From Mytilus californianus (lineage: Eukaryota), in NCBI RefSeq assembly GCF_021869535.1, contig NW_026262582.1, positions 8,680,001 through 8,744,000 of the forward strand: 64,000 nt of DNA, read 5' to 3'. Positions 39,901-53,800 of the stretch are shown in pieces (position 1 is the first letter of the stretch; each line of letters starts with the position of its first letter). Below the pieces are notes generated by a model. That model saw only the letters and a program-made list of their open reading frames with translations. It did not search any database and was not told the DNA's origin. The position numbers were made by a program, and so were the translations under genes.

Positions 39901-42900
39901 AACCAAAAACATTATAATGCAAAGAAATAACATTTCTATAAGAAATCAAAACACATGGAAAAAAATTATTAGGTTTCTGCCCTCAGATCTAATGACTTTT
40001 TTTTACATGTTCCATGTTATAGAGGTTTATTATTCCTTTTACTTTTTGTTCTTGGTTAAGAATTTATTCATAAGATTCAAGATTTTATTCATAAACTGGT
40101 CAGAGACATTATTATGAGAAGGTAAACAATTTGCAAATAGATAATCTCATCTCTAAGTTGTTATGATAATTTTACAAACAATTCTATCTTTTATAGGAAT
40201 TTTTATCCACCATTTTCTATTTCTAAATTATGACCACTAATTCTTTACTTAGTGAAGCATTTGAGTTTACTGTTTTCATCATAAGTTTTTATTTTATTTT
40301 CAAAAATATTCTTATATTTTTTCTTAAAATTCATTTTTAATCAAGGGCTTTAAAGAATCTAATTCATTCAACTCCCTGCAATTATTAACTTTATCTAAAA
40401 GGCCTGAGTTGAGTGAAATATTCTTTGCAAATGGATACCAAGAATATGTATCATGCATATGCCAGTCCTGCAGTTTCGACAATACAATACACAGAACAAA
40501 AAGCGATTTAATTAATTGACCATAAAAATGTCACAATCTATATAGAAGTGTACTTCATTTTTTCTGGAGACAAATTTTGCCTGTTAACTGACAAAATTAG
40601 CCAAACTGAAGATAACATATTTGATAAGTTTACAATTGTTTCAAAATGCAAGACAATTTTTTCTTTAAATAATTTCTTTTCATAAGATTTACTTTATTCA
40701 GAGATAAGAACATTTTTCATTATGATTACCATTATGATTAGCATTTATCATGTTTATCAAAATTTGATGATAACTAGGTAGCCATTTGGAAAATTTAAGT
40801 CTCTTACTTTAGTGATTGTTCATGCACAACTCCAGTTTTGAGATTTGAAAAATATAAAGATAAAACAAAAATAGTTTATTCCTATACTATATAATGATAT
40901 TTGTAGTTTTCCTGAAAAATAATCATGATAATAGATTGTACAACTTTGTTGACAAAATTTATTGTAAAAGGATTGATATTCATGATATTGATAATTTTCA
41001 TTTCTAAGAAACAGGCTTGTTAAATTACTTGCTTCATGGTTCCTTTAAACATATCATTTGCATAATTATAAGTTATAATTAATATTAATTCATTTTATAA
41101 TGCAAACAAACAATTGAATACCATGTACATATGTGCAATAACTTTTTTTTACTGAAAAAATATTTATTTAAAGGATTCTCTGTTTTGTTTTCTACTCAAG
41201 ATTCTTTCCAAGCAGAAATTTAAAGATTAAGAAGCAAAAAAACAAATAACATAAAAAAATAAAAACATTAGATAAAAAGGAAAGTATGTAAATTTAAAGA
41301 CAGAAAAATCAACGATATGAATTAACAAAGACTAAAACAACATTCTATTCTACATTTTCAAGAAAAGGTGAAATGTCAATTTGATAGGAAACCTGAGTTA
41401 CCTGTACAGTTTAATTTTAATGAAACATACAAGCTGAAAACTTCAACCCTGATTGATTTCAACAGGTAACATAATTAGATAAAACTTCAACCTATGTTTT
41501 ATGACCCCAGTAAATGGCCAACATCTCAAGATTGAATACCCCAATAAATGGCCACCATTCAATGGTGACCATACAAGAGGGTGGACATAACTAAGAGGAA
41601 GTCACAGGTTGTACTGTATGAAACTTATACACAATGCTTATTACCATAAAATACAGATCAATTAGAAATTGGATGGCTTCGCTTTTACTGTTCTTGAGTT
41701 ATGCCCCATTCTAAACATAAAAATTGCTGAATTTTTGGTTTCCATTCTCTAACTTTATTTTTTTGTATTTCAGATTTATGACCGGTTTCAGCCTGTTGGT
41801 GTATGTCTAAGCTATGAGCAGTCACAACACCTTTTGCATGAAGTAGGCCAGTCATACACACAACAACTTGCTGCTGCCATAAATGAGGGCAAAAGATTAA
41901 GGATAGTTGGCGACAATGTAAATTATGCTGTTGGCATCAGGGACCAGAGGTCGCAGGACAATGGAAAAACACAACACCTTCATCATGCATTTGCTTCCAT
42001 TGCTTTGATCCATGATGTTGACTTTGCACACCTTTCCTCGGAACGACCACAAAAGCCTTGGACTGATGTAAATGTACAGGATTTGCTCATGAATCAGGAT
42101 GACTACCAAGCATTAAGACAAGACTATATTAATCAAATTGTAACTGTTGCAAAAAAGCATATTCCATATTTTAAATTCTTGGAAGACATTTCTCTACAGA
42201 ACCCTATAGCTACAGGTACTATAACCAAGACAAGTGAAAACCACAAAAAAACTAAGGTAATTCCACTGGAGACTGTTCTTAAAAATGAAATGTACTATTC
42301 TGATGTTGTAGACATTTTAGACAGTTATGAAAACATATTGGAGACAACATTCAATGCAGCAGGAAAAGAAGTAACAGATGATGTCAAAATCCACATTGGT
42401 GGTGATCAACTTACCCGTGAGAGGTTTTCTGGTGCAAAAGGTTTAAGAGCAGCTGAAAACAATGTGAAAAATCGCTTCGAACACCTGACCCCTGTAACAT
42501 TTGAAATGTTTCATCTTCTCATGAACTTCTTGCAAGGATTTTTTGACTTTTTGTATAGTGACAAAAGTGCGGGAGACCTTGGGACCCTCAAGTGTGAGAT
42601 AAATAGAGTAATGAGAAGTCAGGTTGACCAAGATGTTAAAAAGGCTTATGGTGCAGATAAAGACTTTGTGATTGCCTTTTTAGATGCATACATTGTTGAA
42701 CTATTATGTGAACGTTTTGGAATGGAGGACCATCTATCAGTCCCAACCAAAAATATTCCACCAGAATTTTCATCAGTAGAGGAGAAAAAGACATGGATGA
42801 ATGAGGTGATTGGAAAACTGGTTGATGAAATGGTGTGGCCAAAAAAAATTGAAGATATCCAGGATGAGGTTATTGGTAAGCATTAATACATGTAGCTTAT

Positions 42901-44164
42901 AGTATACAATACAACTTGTAATTACTTCCATATTTAAGCATCTGGCTTTCAAATTTTTGGCTTATAGCATTCCTGATGAAGATTAATCTAGAAAAGCACT
43001 TCAACACTAACTTTTATAAAGTGTTAATGTTATATATTTCCTTACTTTTCACATACCTGTATATAAAACATATTTACTTTCACAATCCGACATAGTTATA
43101 TGAGACTATATATCCCTAAAAAGGAGATGTGGTATGATTGCAAATGAGACAACTATCCACCGAAGATTGAATGAAGTGAATGTAAGCAATTATAGGCAAC
43201 TGTACAGCCTACAATTTTGTTTCGTTTTGGTTTCTTTGGACACCAGATTTGTATTGAGATCAAACAAAATACCCTTAAATCCTGTCAATGACTGTATACT
43301 GGCCTGGGTACCTTAGCTTTAATTGTTTAAAGTTCATTTGCATTTTTAACGGTTGTTTCATATAGTTAAACTTGTGGAATTAATTCTTGGTTAATGTTAT
43401 TTTCAGAGGATGGGCAGTACCTACCAGTAACATTGAAATTGTCAAATGGAACTGAGATCTCAATTTGTCCCAGAATCAGAACAACCAATAAGAAGTCGGT
43501 TGATGAAGGAAGTGACAAGGTTAAGAACTATGGACATTTAGTGTTAGAATTGGGTATGCTGTTTAAAGAGCTGTTGGGTGTTTGCAAATCTCCAGAACGG
43601 AATCAAATGTTGAGGTTGTTGAAGCACAGTATGACAGTATTTAAAGCGAGGTCCAATAACAGCAAATATGCTTTGGAAATACACCGCTTTCTGATACAAC
43701 AAATTTCTACCTTGTCAGAAAAGGAGGCAGCTGAGGTTGTTACAGGAATGTTTGTCAACACCAAAGGAAAGGTGGACAGTTATATCCCTGCTGACTTGCA
43801 GATGGAGTATATGGTCAAGACCATAAAAAAACACATAAAACATATGTATTCCAACAAAAGTGAAGCAAACATTGCAAAGCAGACCAGATCCTTATCAGGA
43901 ATTCAAGATTTATCAGAACATTTTGATAAAGCTAGTGGTGTAGTTCATAGATGCAAAAAACACAAAAAAAAGGATTCTGATGGTGATGAGTTATTGATGA
44001 TTCAAGACTTAAGAAAACTTAGACCATTTTCGTTTCAGTCAGGGAGACTTCATAATGACTTTCCAAACATTAAGAAATCGGTTATTGAATATATGAATGT
44101 TGATCATTATCATTCTTGGATAAGATCTAGGATCGTTATCAATGCAAACGACCTAGGCCAATAA
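33937..44164 (+). CDS. AcademH-type putative DDE transposase (~1003 aa, DUF6589-like motifs), unit 2, intact
   Basis: Exons 33937-34578, 35451-35960, 41774-42875, 43407-44164, all GT-AG with consistent phases 0, 0, 1. N-terminal CxxC...CxxC, Ser/Pro-rich linker, then motifs YDRFQPVGVCLSY, IVGDNVN, IGGDQLTRERF, FHLLMNFL and ADLQMEY. Family assignment is from motif memory plus genomic context. Confidence 0.8.
39191..41616. mobile_element. Same 2.4-kb TA-TSD element in unit 2
   Basis: Same termini and insertion point as 22519-24946, with small private indels. Confidence 0.85.
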
Positions 44165-44251
44165 ATATTCCTGACATATTACATGTACATGTACTGACTG
44201 TGCCTACTTCTCTTCAGCATTAATATATTGTACCTAAACATTTGTACATTT

Positions 44252-45337
44252 TTAGCTCACCTGACCCGAAGGGTCAAGTGAGCTTTTCTCATCACTTGGC
44301 GTCCGTCGTCCGTCGTCCGTCGTCGTCGTCGTCGGCGTCGTCGTCGTCGTCGTCGTCCGTCGTAGTTAGCTTTTTACAAAAATCTTCTCCTCTGAAACCA
44401 CTGGGCCAAATTTAACCAAACTTGGCCACAATCATCATTAGGGTATCTAGTTTAAAAAATGTGTCCGATGACCCCGCCAACCAACCAAGATTGCCGCCAT
44501 GGCTAAAAATAGAACATAGGGGTAAAATGTAGATTTTGGCTTATATCTCTTTAACCAAAGCATTTAGAGGTAATCTGACATGGGGGTAAAACTGATTATC
44601 AGGTCAAGATCTATCTGCCCTGAAATTTTCAGACAAATCTGACAACCTGTTGTTGGGTTGCTGCCCCTGAATTGGTAATTTTAAGGAAATTTTGCAGTTT
44701 TTGGTTATTATCTTGAATATTATTATAGATAGAGATAAACTGTAAACAGCAATAATGTTCAGCAAAGTAAGATCTACAAATAAGTTGTCATGACCAAAAT
44801 TGTCAGTCGACCCCTTTAGGAGTTATTGCCCTTAATAATCAATTTTTAACAATTTTTTGATAATTTTTGTAATCTTTTACAAAAATCTTCTTCTCTGAAA
44901 CTACTGATACAAATTTAACCATACTTGGCCATAATCATTATTAGGGTATCTAGTTTAAAATATTTGTCCGATGACCCCGCCAACTAACCAAGATGGCCGC
45001 CATGGCTAAAAATAGAACATAGGGGTAAAATGCAGTTTTTGGTTTATATCTCTGAAACTAAAGCATTTAGAGCAAATCTGACAGGTGGCAAAAATGTTCA
45101 TCAGATTTAGATTTATCTGCCCTGAAATTTTCAGACAAATCCGACGACCCGTTGTTGGGTTGCTGACCCTGAGTTAGTAATTTTACAAAAAATTGGCAGT
45201 TTTTTGTTATTATCTTAGATATCATTATAATAGCTAATATCTAATACTATTAATTATGATTTTAACCTTATTTTACATGATTTCCAAAGCATCAGTAAAT
45301 ACAGGTGAGCGACACAGGCTCTTGAGAGCCTCTAGTT
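44252..45337 (+). mobile_element. Same HINE-like element in unit 2
   Basis: Same structure and position as 27584-28674. Confidence 0.8.
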
Positions 45338-47570
45338 TATATAGGTCAAATATTGCTGTCTTTGTTACTTTTTATAAGTGTAAACATGGTATGCAATTTC
45401 ACTGAAATATTACTCTCTGTAGTGCTGCATAAGTTTTTCTCAATAATGCTACATAAGCTTTTTAAATGTTTCTCAATGTTGTGCTTGGTAAATGTTTCTC
45501 AATGTAGGGCTTGATAAGTGTATCTCAATTTTGTGCTTGATAAGAGTATCTCAATGTTGTTCTTGAAAAATGTATCTCAATGTTGTGCTTGGTAAATGTT
45601 TCTCAATGTAGTGCTTGATAAATTTTTCTCAATGTAGTGCTTGATAAATGTTTCTCAATGTAGTGCTTGATCAGTTTAAACAGTGTAGTGCTGCATTAAT
45701 TTTATTTTTAAAGGAACACTGCTAATGCAATTGATTTATCCACAATAAATGACACAATTGATAAATAATATAGATATATTAAAGTTAGGCCTGTGTTTAA
45801 TCAGTTAATCAATTGCAATTTGAGTTTTTACCACTTTTTTTGTGAATTTACGTGTCATTCTGAAAGTTTTAACCCAATCTTGACTTTTAATTATTATGGT
45901 TAAACATTTGTTTAAGGGTGGCCAAAAAACTCAGTATGTCAACTTTGTCCACTGTTATTATACATACATGTAAATAATTTTTTTTGGATCTGTATTGCTT
46001 TTGAAATTTGTATATTTATGTTGACTGCATATGAATCCATTGTTTCACAAAGTTTTTTTTGTTGCTCATGTTGAATATGTTTTTCTGAATGAAATGAATA
46101 AAATTATTAAATGATAATTTGTGCTGTACATACATCTTCAACGTATGCCATAATAAATATATTCCTAGATTCTGTATAGTTTTGTTACTAATTATTTTTT
46201 AAAAACTGACAGACAGAAGTGAATTTAGGAATTTATTTATGATGGCCTAGCTAATGATTATGAATACACATCTATTTCCATATAAAAATATGTTGTATGG
46301 TTAGATTGCCAATGAGACAATTTTCCAATATGTCAATAAAAACAAAACAATAAAATTAAAGATTGCCCAGTAACACGTTATGGTTTCCATGTGACCTGCA
46401 ACAATAAGCAAAAACAAGTTGGTATTGTAAGTTATAAAAGACCCTTGAAATAAAAAAAATCTGAAATGATTCTACAGAGAACAAAAGAAAACCATTGAAT
46501 TAAAGAATCCTGGCTCTTGATGTGAAAATCAGTATGAAAGGGACGATTGATTAAATCAGGACTATGCACAAAAAACAAATAACCGAAAGGTAAACGCCAA
46601 AGTTAGTTCAAAGCCCAATTTCAACAAATAAACCATGTTCTCAAAGACTAAACATCTAAAATGTCCATCATTACACTGCTATAGATTTAGGGATTAATTA
46701 CTGCTTACTTAATGTAGCAATTATTTCATGCATATTCATGACAATACAGATTTAATTAAGTGTAAGGACACAATGCAAGCAGTCTCATAAATGCAGGAAT
46801 CAGGATACATATATATTTGCTACAAGTCATTCCCTAAGTGCTTTATAAGCAGCATTGGGTGCGTCTTGGTACATGTATGTACATTTGAACGAGTCCATTT
46901 CATACACAATACAGATAAGAAAGGACCCTGGTTAAACACTTTTCAGGACCTCACGTACTGCTACCCATAATATTTATTATTCACTTGGTCTAGTCCTGAA
47001 TATGCACGAAGGGTATGACCCTGTGGCTGTTCGACCACTTTTAAGCCCTAACTGTCATATTTATTTTTCACTTGTTCTAGTCCTGAATATAGATGAAATG
47101 TTTGCCACTGGACAAAAAGAAAACAATCAATCAAAAGAGAATAAATAGAATCATCAAAAATTCTTAACAGTACACAGACAACACTAACTACCATTTCCTC
47201 TGAAAAAACAGACACACAAACCACCACATGCTCCCCATAGCCAGACAAGGTATAGGCACCCAATGTGAAATCCCCAAAATTAATACAAAGAACAACACAT
47301 GGAAATCAATTGAAGTCTGAGTGATAACATTCATTATACAAATTACATTCTGTATTAAGTATTTAATAAATATATATTATGGCATGTGAAAGAAATTGAG
47401 AGTACTTATTCATGCGTATGTATATCATGTATATGAGCGTCCTGGAACTTACAAAAAAACAATTCACTGAAAATATATAAAAATCTTTGGTTTTTGAAAG
47501 GTCATTTATATTTTTCATGTAGTTCATATCAAAGAAATGCTGTCCAGACAATGTATATGAACATAGTTGT

Positions 47571-50472
47571 TTAAGAAGAATGCTTAGCATGTCCAATAAT
47601 CACAGCAATGTTCTCCGCATATTGGTGTTTTAAGTAAGGAAACAATTCCAGAATCTGTTGTACTGTCTCTAGACGTTCTCTAGAACTGCAGATTTTTTCA
47701 ATCAGATCAAGGGACAGTCCTGTTGATGGAATATTGTTTGGCATTTCTGTAATTTCGCTTTCAGCCTTGAAATATTGAAACAATAAAGACCTTAACACTT
47801 CTTTATTGTCAGTTTCAAGCTTCATTTTCTTTGATTTTTTCGGTAATTCCTCAGTCATGTCAGTTTCTAGTAAAGGTTCATAGCAAAGTAAACAGTCACA
47901 ATGTTTCTCACAGTTATCACAACAGTCGTGACCATCAACCTTTCTGGCAAACTCACTTCCAAAATATTTGCATAAATTTTCCCACCTACAATCTGTTGTC
48001 ATAACAAAGTCTCTAACTTCCTGATCAACAGGCATATTTTTTCCTATATCGTACTTGTTGTAGTAAAGTGTTGCTGTTGAAAAGATTCCATCTCTGCCTG
48101 CTCGTCCAACTTCCTGAAGATATGCTGAAAAGAAAGCAAAAGATTAGTAACATTCAAATATACTACAATACATGTGTACATGCATCCATTAACACAAAAA
48201 CACTACAATAAATTATTTTAGTGGGGGGGGGGGGGGGGTCTGAAGAGATACAATGGCAAGTGACTCCTTAATGAAAAAGGTAGGTACATGTATCTGATAT
48301 ATTATCATTAGTGTGAATCAATTTTATGGTCTCCTCTTCTCTGTGAATATTGCATACATGTACATGTACATGCATGACTTGTATGAATATATTATTCAAA
48401 GGAAATATACTGAATAGGTTTGTTTCAGTTGTTTTATATTTGTCATTTCTGGACCTTTTATAACTGACTATGCAGTATGGATTTTGCTCATTGTTGAAGA
48501 TCGCACGGTGACTTGTAATTGTTTTTTTATTCATGTGTTTGTCACTTGGCCTCGGGTGGAGAGTTGTCTCATTGGCAATTATACTACATCTCCTTATTTT
48601 TACATTCTAGCACATCAACTTACTTTCCAAAGAGCTAGGAACCCCATAGTGTACCACTTGTCTTATATCAGGAGCATCAGTACCCATGCTATAGGCTTCT
48701 GTTGCAAACAGGAGACGTAGACTACCACAATTCATCTGCTCAACAACTTCTGCTTTAAACTGTGAAATAATTACTGTAAATTCAGAAATTATTGCGTGCA
48801 TTTATTATTGCGATTTTGTCATTTAAGACTAAAATCCGATTTTAATTTTTGCGATATTGAGAATCATCCTGTTGAATTCATATAAAAAATTTCAAAATGC
48901 GAGTTTAAACTATTGCGATTATAACTCTGTCGCATTTTTCGCAATAATAAAAACATCGCAATAATTTCTGAATTTACAGTAATAATTACTTAAATTATAA
49001 TACATATCATGACATAATCAGACATCAATTTAACAAAATTTATTATAAAAAATGAGCTTTCAGGCTACATGTAGTTTGCATATCATGCACATACTTATCG
49101 AAAATGTTAAAAAAGAACAAAGTAATCCATATTCGTAATCATACAACGAATACATGTATATACATCTGCTCACATTTGATGAAATAATTGCCAAGATTAA
49201 AAAGGGGGCAGGAAATTTTTTCTTTGCTGAATATTCATTTTCATCAGTCATGTCAGTAACTAGTTCAGCTTGTTATTATTTTTGTGGTCGACAAAAATTT
49301 ACTATTACGTGTACTCATTTATTTCCTACAGTATAATTCTTTTGAAGAATATCTATTTTCACCCTGTCTTTGAAAAGATTATCAGTTCTCAACGGGTCAG
49401 GATAATATTTTCAAATTCTACCCCTCCCCCTTTCTTAATATCAAACAGTTGTCCCCTAAATACTTTTTAGGTCTAAAATTACCTTTTCTGTACATGGTGC
49501 ATGGTACTGGGAAACAATTGTCTTAACTTCCTCACAAACTGAAGTCCCATCTTCCTCTGGCTTCATGGTCAATTGGTAGCCTTCTGCACACCACTTTAAC
49601 TTTGAATAGACTACAGTTTTCGGAAATTTGTCTTTGTTTTTCCTCAGATCACTGATGAGTGGACTGATTACTGTCCTGAATGAGTCCAGAGTATTCTGTG
49701 GTGGCCTTTTTTCACACAGCAATTTAATATTGTCTCTAACAATTGATGATTTAACAACATGAACTTTTTTCAAACATAGGGATTTTTCAATTGTTTCACA
49801 CGTCTTTTGTGTTGCAGTTCCAGTCAATGCTAATACTCGGGAAAGAGGAAAGACTGATCTGAGCTGTGAAATCTTTTTGTAGTCTGTTCTGAAATCATTT
49901 CCCCATTTTTCAATACAATGTGCTTCATCTACTATGATGTAAGTCACCTTCTCTTGCCAACAAGAGTTCTTGAAAATGTCAAATACTGTCTTGTTAAGTA
50001 TGTGCTCAGGATGTCCTATTACAAAGCGATAATTTGACTGTCTAAATCTGCAGACATCACACACACAATGTTCTTCACTGTTTATACCAAGATCACATTG
50101 GTTCTCCTTCAATTTCTCTATAAATCCCATTGTTATACAAACAGCGTCTTTCCCACACCTTTGTAATTGTTCAGTTATGATTGAATTTAATGGACTTACT
50201 ATCAAAACTGTCGGTATCTGCTTGTAACTTTGATATGACAAAGTTTCAAAAATTAAGGATTTTCCATATCCAGTGCGAAGACACGCAATTATGTCACTTT
50301 CCTTTAATAAATTTATGCAATCTGCTTGTTTAGGCTTATGAAAGTTATATTCAGTTTGTCTTTTCATGTTTATGCACGATAAAGCATACTTCAAACCTAA
50401 ACTGTTCTCAAATTTACTTAGTATTGTTGTATTGAATCTGCCGACTATGGAGGACGCCATTGTTGTTGTCAT
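47571..50472 (-). CDS. Transposon-encoded RecQ-like DEAH helicase (~559 aa), unit 2, intact
   Basis: Exons 50472-49483, 48759-48624, 48124-47571 (GT-AG; phases 0, 1). Motifs: I RTGYGKS, Ia VSPL, II VDEAH, III ALTGT, V ATEAYSMGTD, VI YLQEVGRAGRDG, then an RQC-type Zn site CR...CCDNC. Start could alternatively be the ATG 12 nt downstream (MASS). Confidence 0.88.
48774..48979. mobile_element. 206-bp MITE with perfect 23-bp TIRs and TA TSD in helicase intron 1 (unit 2 only)
   Basis: CTGTAAATTCAGAAATTATTGCG at both ends, TA at 48772-48773 and 48980-48981. Units 1 and 3 have the empty site GAAATAAT-TA-ATAATT. Confidence 0.9.
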
Positions 50473-50806
50473 ATTTAGCTTTCCCAGTGTGCATTGCGCG
50501 ACAAAATTAGGACTAACCAATCACTGACAGGTAGCCTGGCATCCCGGCCCGATATCTAGCTGCGCGTCGTATGGGCCAGGTGGGGAACAAATACCACGTG
50601 ATCGATTCAGTGCCAGTTGACTCTGAATCTAAAGTGAGGCTGAATAAATATATGCATAATCTTGTAAACAACAAAAATGGCTTCAACGATCTACCAAATT
50701 ATGATGTTAATAAGGACAAAATGTGGCTCCCTTTAGATATACTGGAAAACTTTCGGTGATGACATTAAATTATGTATTTATAAGTTTTATAGTGCTATTG
50801 GTCGTG

Positions 50807-53800
50807 ATGAATCCATCGAGACAGTTTGGTACACCCAGGAAATCTTCCAAATTGTGCTGTGTATGTGGGACAACACCGAAAGAAAAGCGAAGTGTAAATG
50901 GAAAAAATAAAGCAGGGAAAAATATTTCGGTATTACTGGCAAGGTATGGACAGATTACCGTTTCAGAAGGGTGTTTGTGCAGAAGCTGCTATGAGAAATT
51001 ATTGAAAATCGACCAAACTGTTTTAGACTTTAGAAATAAATGTCAATCTTCAAAACCAGGTGTCAAAAGGTGTTTGAGTGACATAACCTCCATGAGCAAT
51101 ATAATTGAAATCAATGTTAGTACAATTTCTCCGTCACCAGTTGCAATGTCCTTATTTCAAACGCCTAACTCAAGCCATTCACGGTCACAAGTTGCAGTGT
51201 CTCTATTTCAAACGCCTGTTGTTGTTAACAATAAGATTAACATTGAGAGTCCAGTGACTCCTGTGCTTCGGACTATAACTCCAAAACCAGTCAAAAGATC
51301 ATTGTTAGATGACAGCGGATATATGTCTTCGTCTATATGTCCCAGCCCTATAGCAGTTTCCATAATGCCATCACCAGTGGTCAAGCAAACTGACCATTGC
51401 TACAGCAAGACTGTCACGAGTACTCCAAAGCCAAAATCAGCACCATTGGTAAGATATTTTTATAGTTTTTATGTCATTGAATAAGAAGAATAAGAATAAG
51501 AATAGTTTTATTTGTCAATCAAGACGCCCATGAAGAGCAGAATAATTAATACAATGTATGATATATACATTTGATTAACATATTGATTTTGTTGATTACA
51601 GTGATGAAAAAAATAAAACCAAAAAAAAACAAAAAAACATTTGTTATGGTCTATAAAGGACTTAAAATCATATATAATGACCTAATTTTTTGGATATGTA
51701 TGCACAACCCAGTCTTCTTTGTTAATATAGACTGAATAATTTATATCTTATAAAAATAACATACATTTTTATTGTAAATTAATATTTATTTCATTGTATT
51801 TTATTCAATATTAAAGAAACGTTGCTTCTGATTCAACAAATCTTGCTTTCAGGTTGAACAGTTTCCATTGTCAGTAATTTAATAAAATGAATATAAATAT
51901 TAATAACTACTAGTAGCACTGTAGTGTAATCACAAACAACTTACAATGTATACTTTGAAAAATGTTGAAGTGACAAAATTAGCAGAAAACGCCCACCTTT
52001 TTTACAATTGTTATTGTATACATTGTACCACTAATATCTTATCAAGGATTATGGGGTAGGTGTCAACGAAACAACCCCTTATAATAACAAAATAATTTAA
52101 ACTTAATAAATATTGTTAATGTCTAATGTAATTATGAATTAAAATACATGTACATGTATCTTTGCACCTGCCCACATCATTTGAAATGTTAAATGTATTA
52201 ACCCAAACATTTAGTTCAACAATTCTACGTGTATGCATGTACATGTAGAATCAAACAATATTGCCAACTTGGACAACTGTAAGCTAAAGTAGTATTCATG
52301 TGAACTAATAATTTTTCAGGCTTCAAAGAGTTCTACTAATACTCCAGTAAACCATGAGGGGGCAGATGAAAATGTTACAGTTACAGTACCATCTTTAAGC
52401 AAAACTGAAAAAGCACATCTTGCTTCATTACTACATTCTGGTGGATACATCTCACACATTGGAGATCTGTTGTTAAAAAATAAAGATTTTTTGAAACATG
52501 TGACAAATTACTTCCAAACTGAAAGTGAGGAGAAAATAAAAATTTTAAATAAAGAAAAACATGGATTTGTTAGTGTTCTGATGAAAAAAACATGTGACAA
52601 TATGTATGGATTTTCCTGGGACAAAATTTGTGAAGAATTTAAAAGTCAGTTTCCCTTACTTGCAAGCATAGTGGAAGGTATAATGTCTTCTGGGGAGAAG
52701 AATAGAGACAAGATATTGCCAAGGATGGGAATGGTGTATGCAGTTTGTGCACAGACAAGACACCACAAGCTAAGCTTAGTGCAGAGGATGATGACTCTAT
52801 GCCTGTTAGACAACATAGCAGATCAAAAGGTATTGTGATATTATATTATTGGATTGTAAATTGGACAATATGTGTCGGTTCAAAGTTTGTAATATAAATT
52901 TAGAAAAGATTATAATGTTTTTATTACTTTATAAATGTTGAGAGAGCTCGAGCTTTTAAAAATATCTTTTGTTAAATAAAACTCAAAAAGTTTTCTATTT
53001 GAATTGTCTTAATTACTGACTTTTTTTCTCAATTATAAATGATACGATGATGTACATTGTATGTAATAAAAATTTCTCTTATAAAAATGATAAACAGATC
53101 TTAATAGAAATAAAAAAGGAAAGCAAAACCAACTACATGTATCATGTGATGTATATATTTCAACCTTTTTCTCAACATGCTCAAATTCATTTTATAGCCT
53201 AGGTGATAACTAGTAGATGTAAGTATTGGGTGGTTGTGTGTATAAATGTATTACTTTATTCTGTGTATACGGTACTCTTTTCTTTAGATACAAATGTACA
53301 TGTATTCGATAGTATAGTTTGTAAGTGCTTCAGTAGTTGGAAAGTTACAAAGCATATATAGCTGTATATTATATGGAACAAGCAAATCATGTTCATATGT
53401 ACACAATTTATAAATTAAAAGATTAACATGTTTTACAAATTTTCCACTTTTCACCTATAAATGTAATGAAAAGCAACAAAAAAACGTAACCTAAAAAACA
53501 TCAGTGACTGTACTTACACATGATGTCATTCCCTGCTGGAGCACTTTTGCCTGTAGTATATATCTAGCTGTATGTGTACATGTACTGTTTGTAGTTTATT
53601 ATTATTTTCAAGTATATCATTGCATGGTTGTGGGACAATTGTATTAATAATGCATTACTCCTATTCTTTATTTCATACATGTGTTAGCCATGTTTAGCCA
53701 TGCACATTCTTTACTTAGGACTTTTTTAAAAGATATACGCATACAAATGTAGATATAAGAAGATGCGGTATGAATGCCAATGAGACAACTCTCTATCCAG

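Larger units (their letters stand above)
33662..50531 (+). mobile_element. AcademH unit 2 (16,870 bp; both genes open)
   Basis: Starts TAGCCTGG at 33662, ends at ACTGACAGG (50523-50531) and has no right TIR of its own. Confidence 0.88.

Noticed and set aside
47571-50472. Helicase as a host RecQ gene (BLM/WRN/RECQL)
   Set aside because: It lies inside TIR/TSD-bounded units beside a transposase-like gene, is short, and shows no recognisable HRDC or exonuclease region; no host gene symbol assigned.
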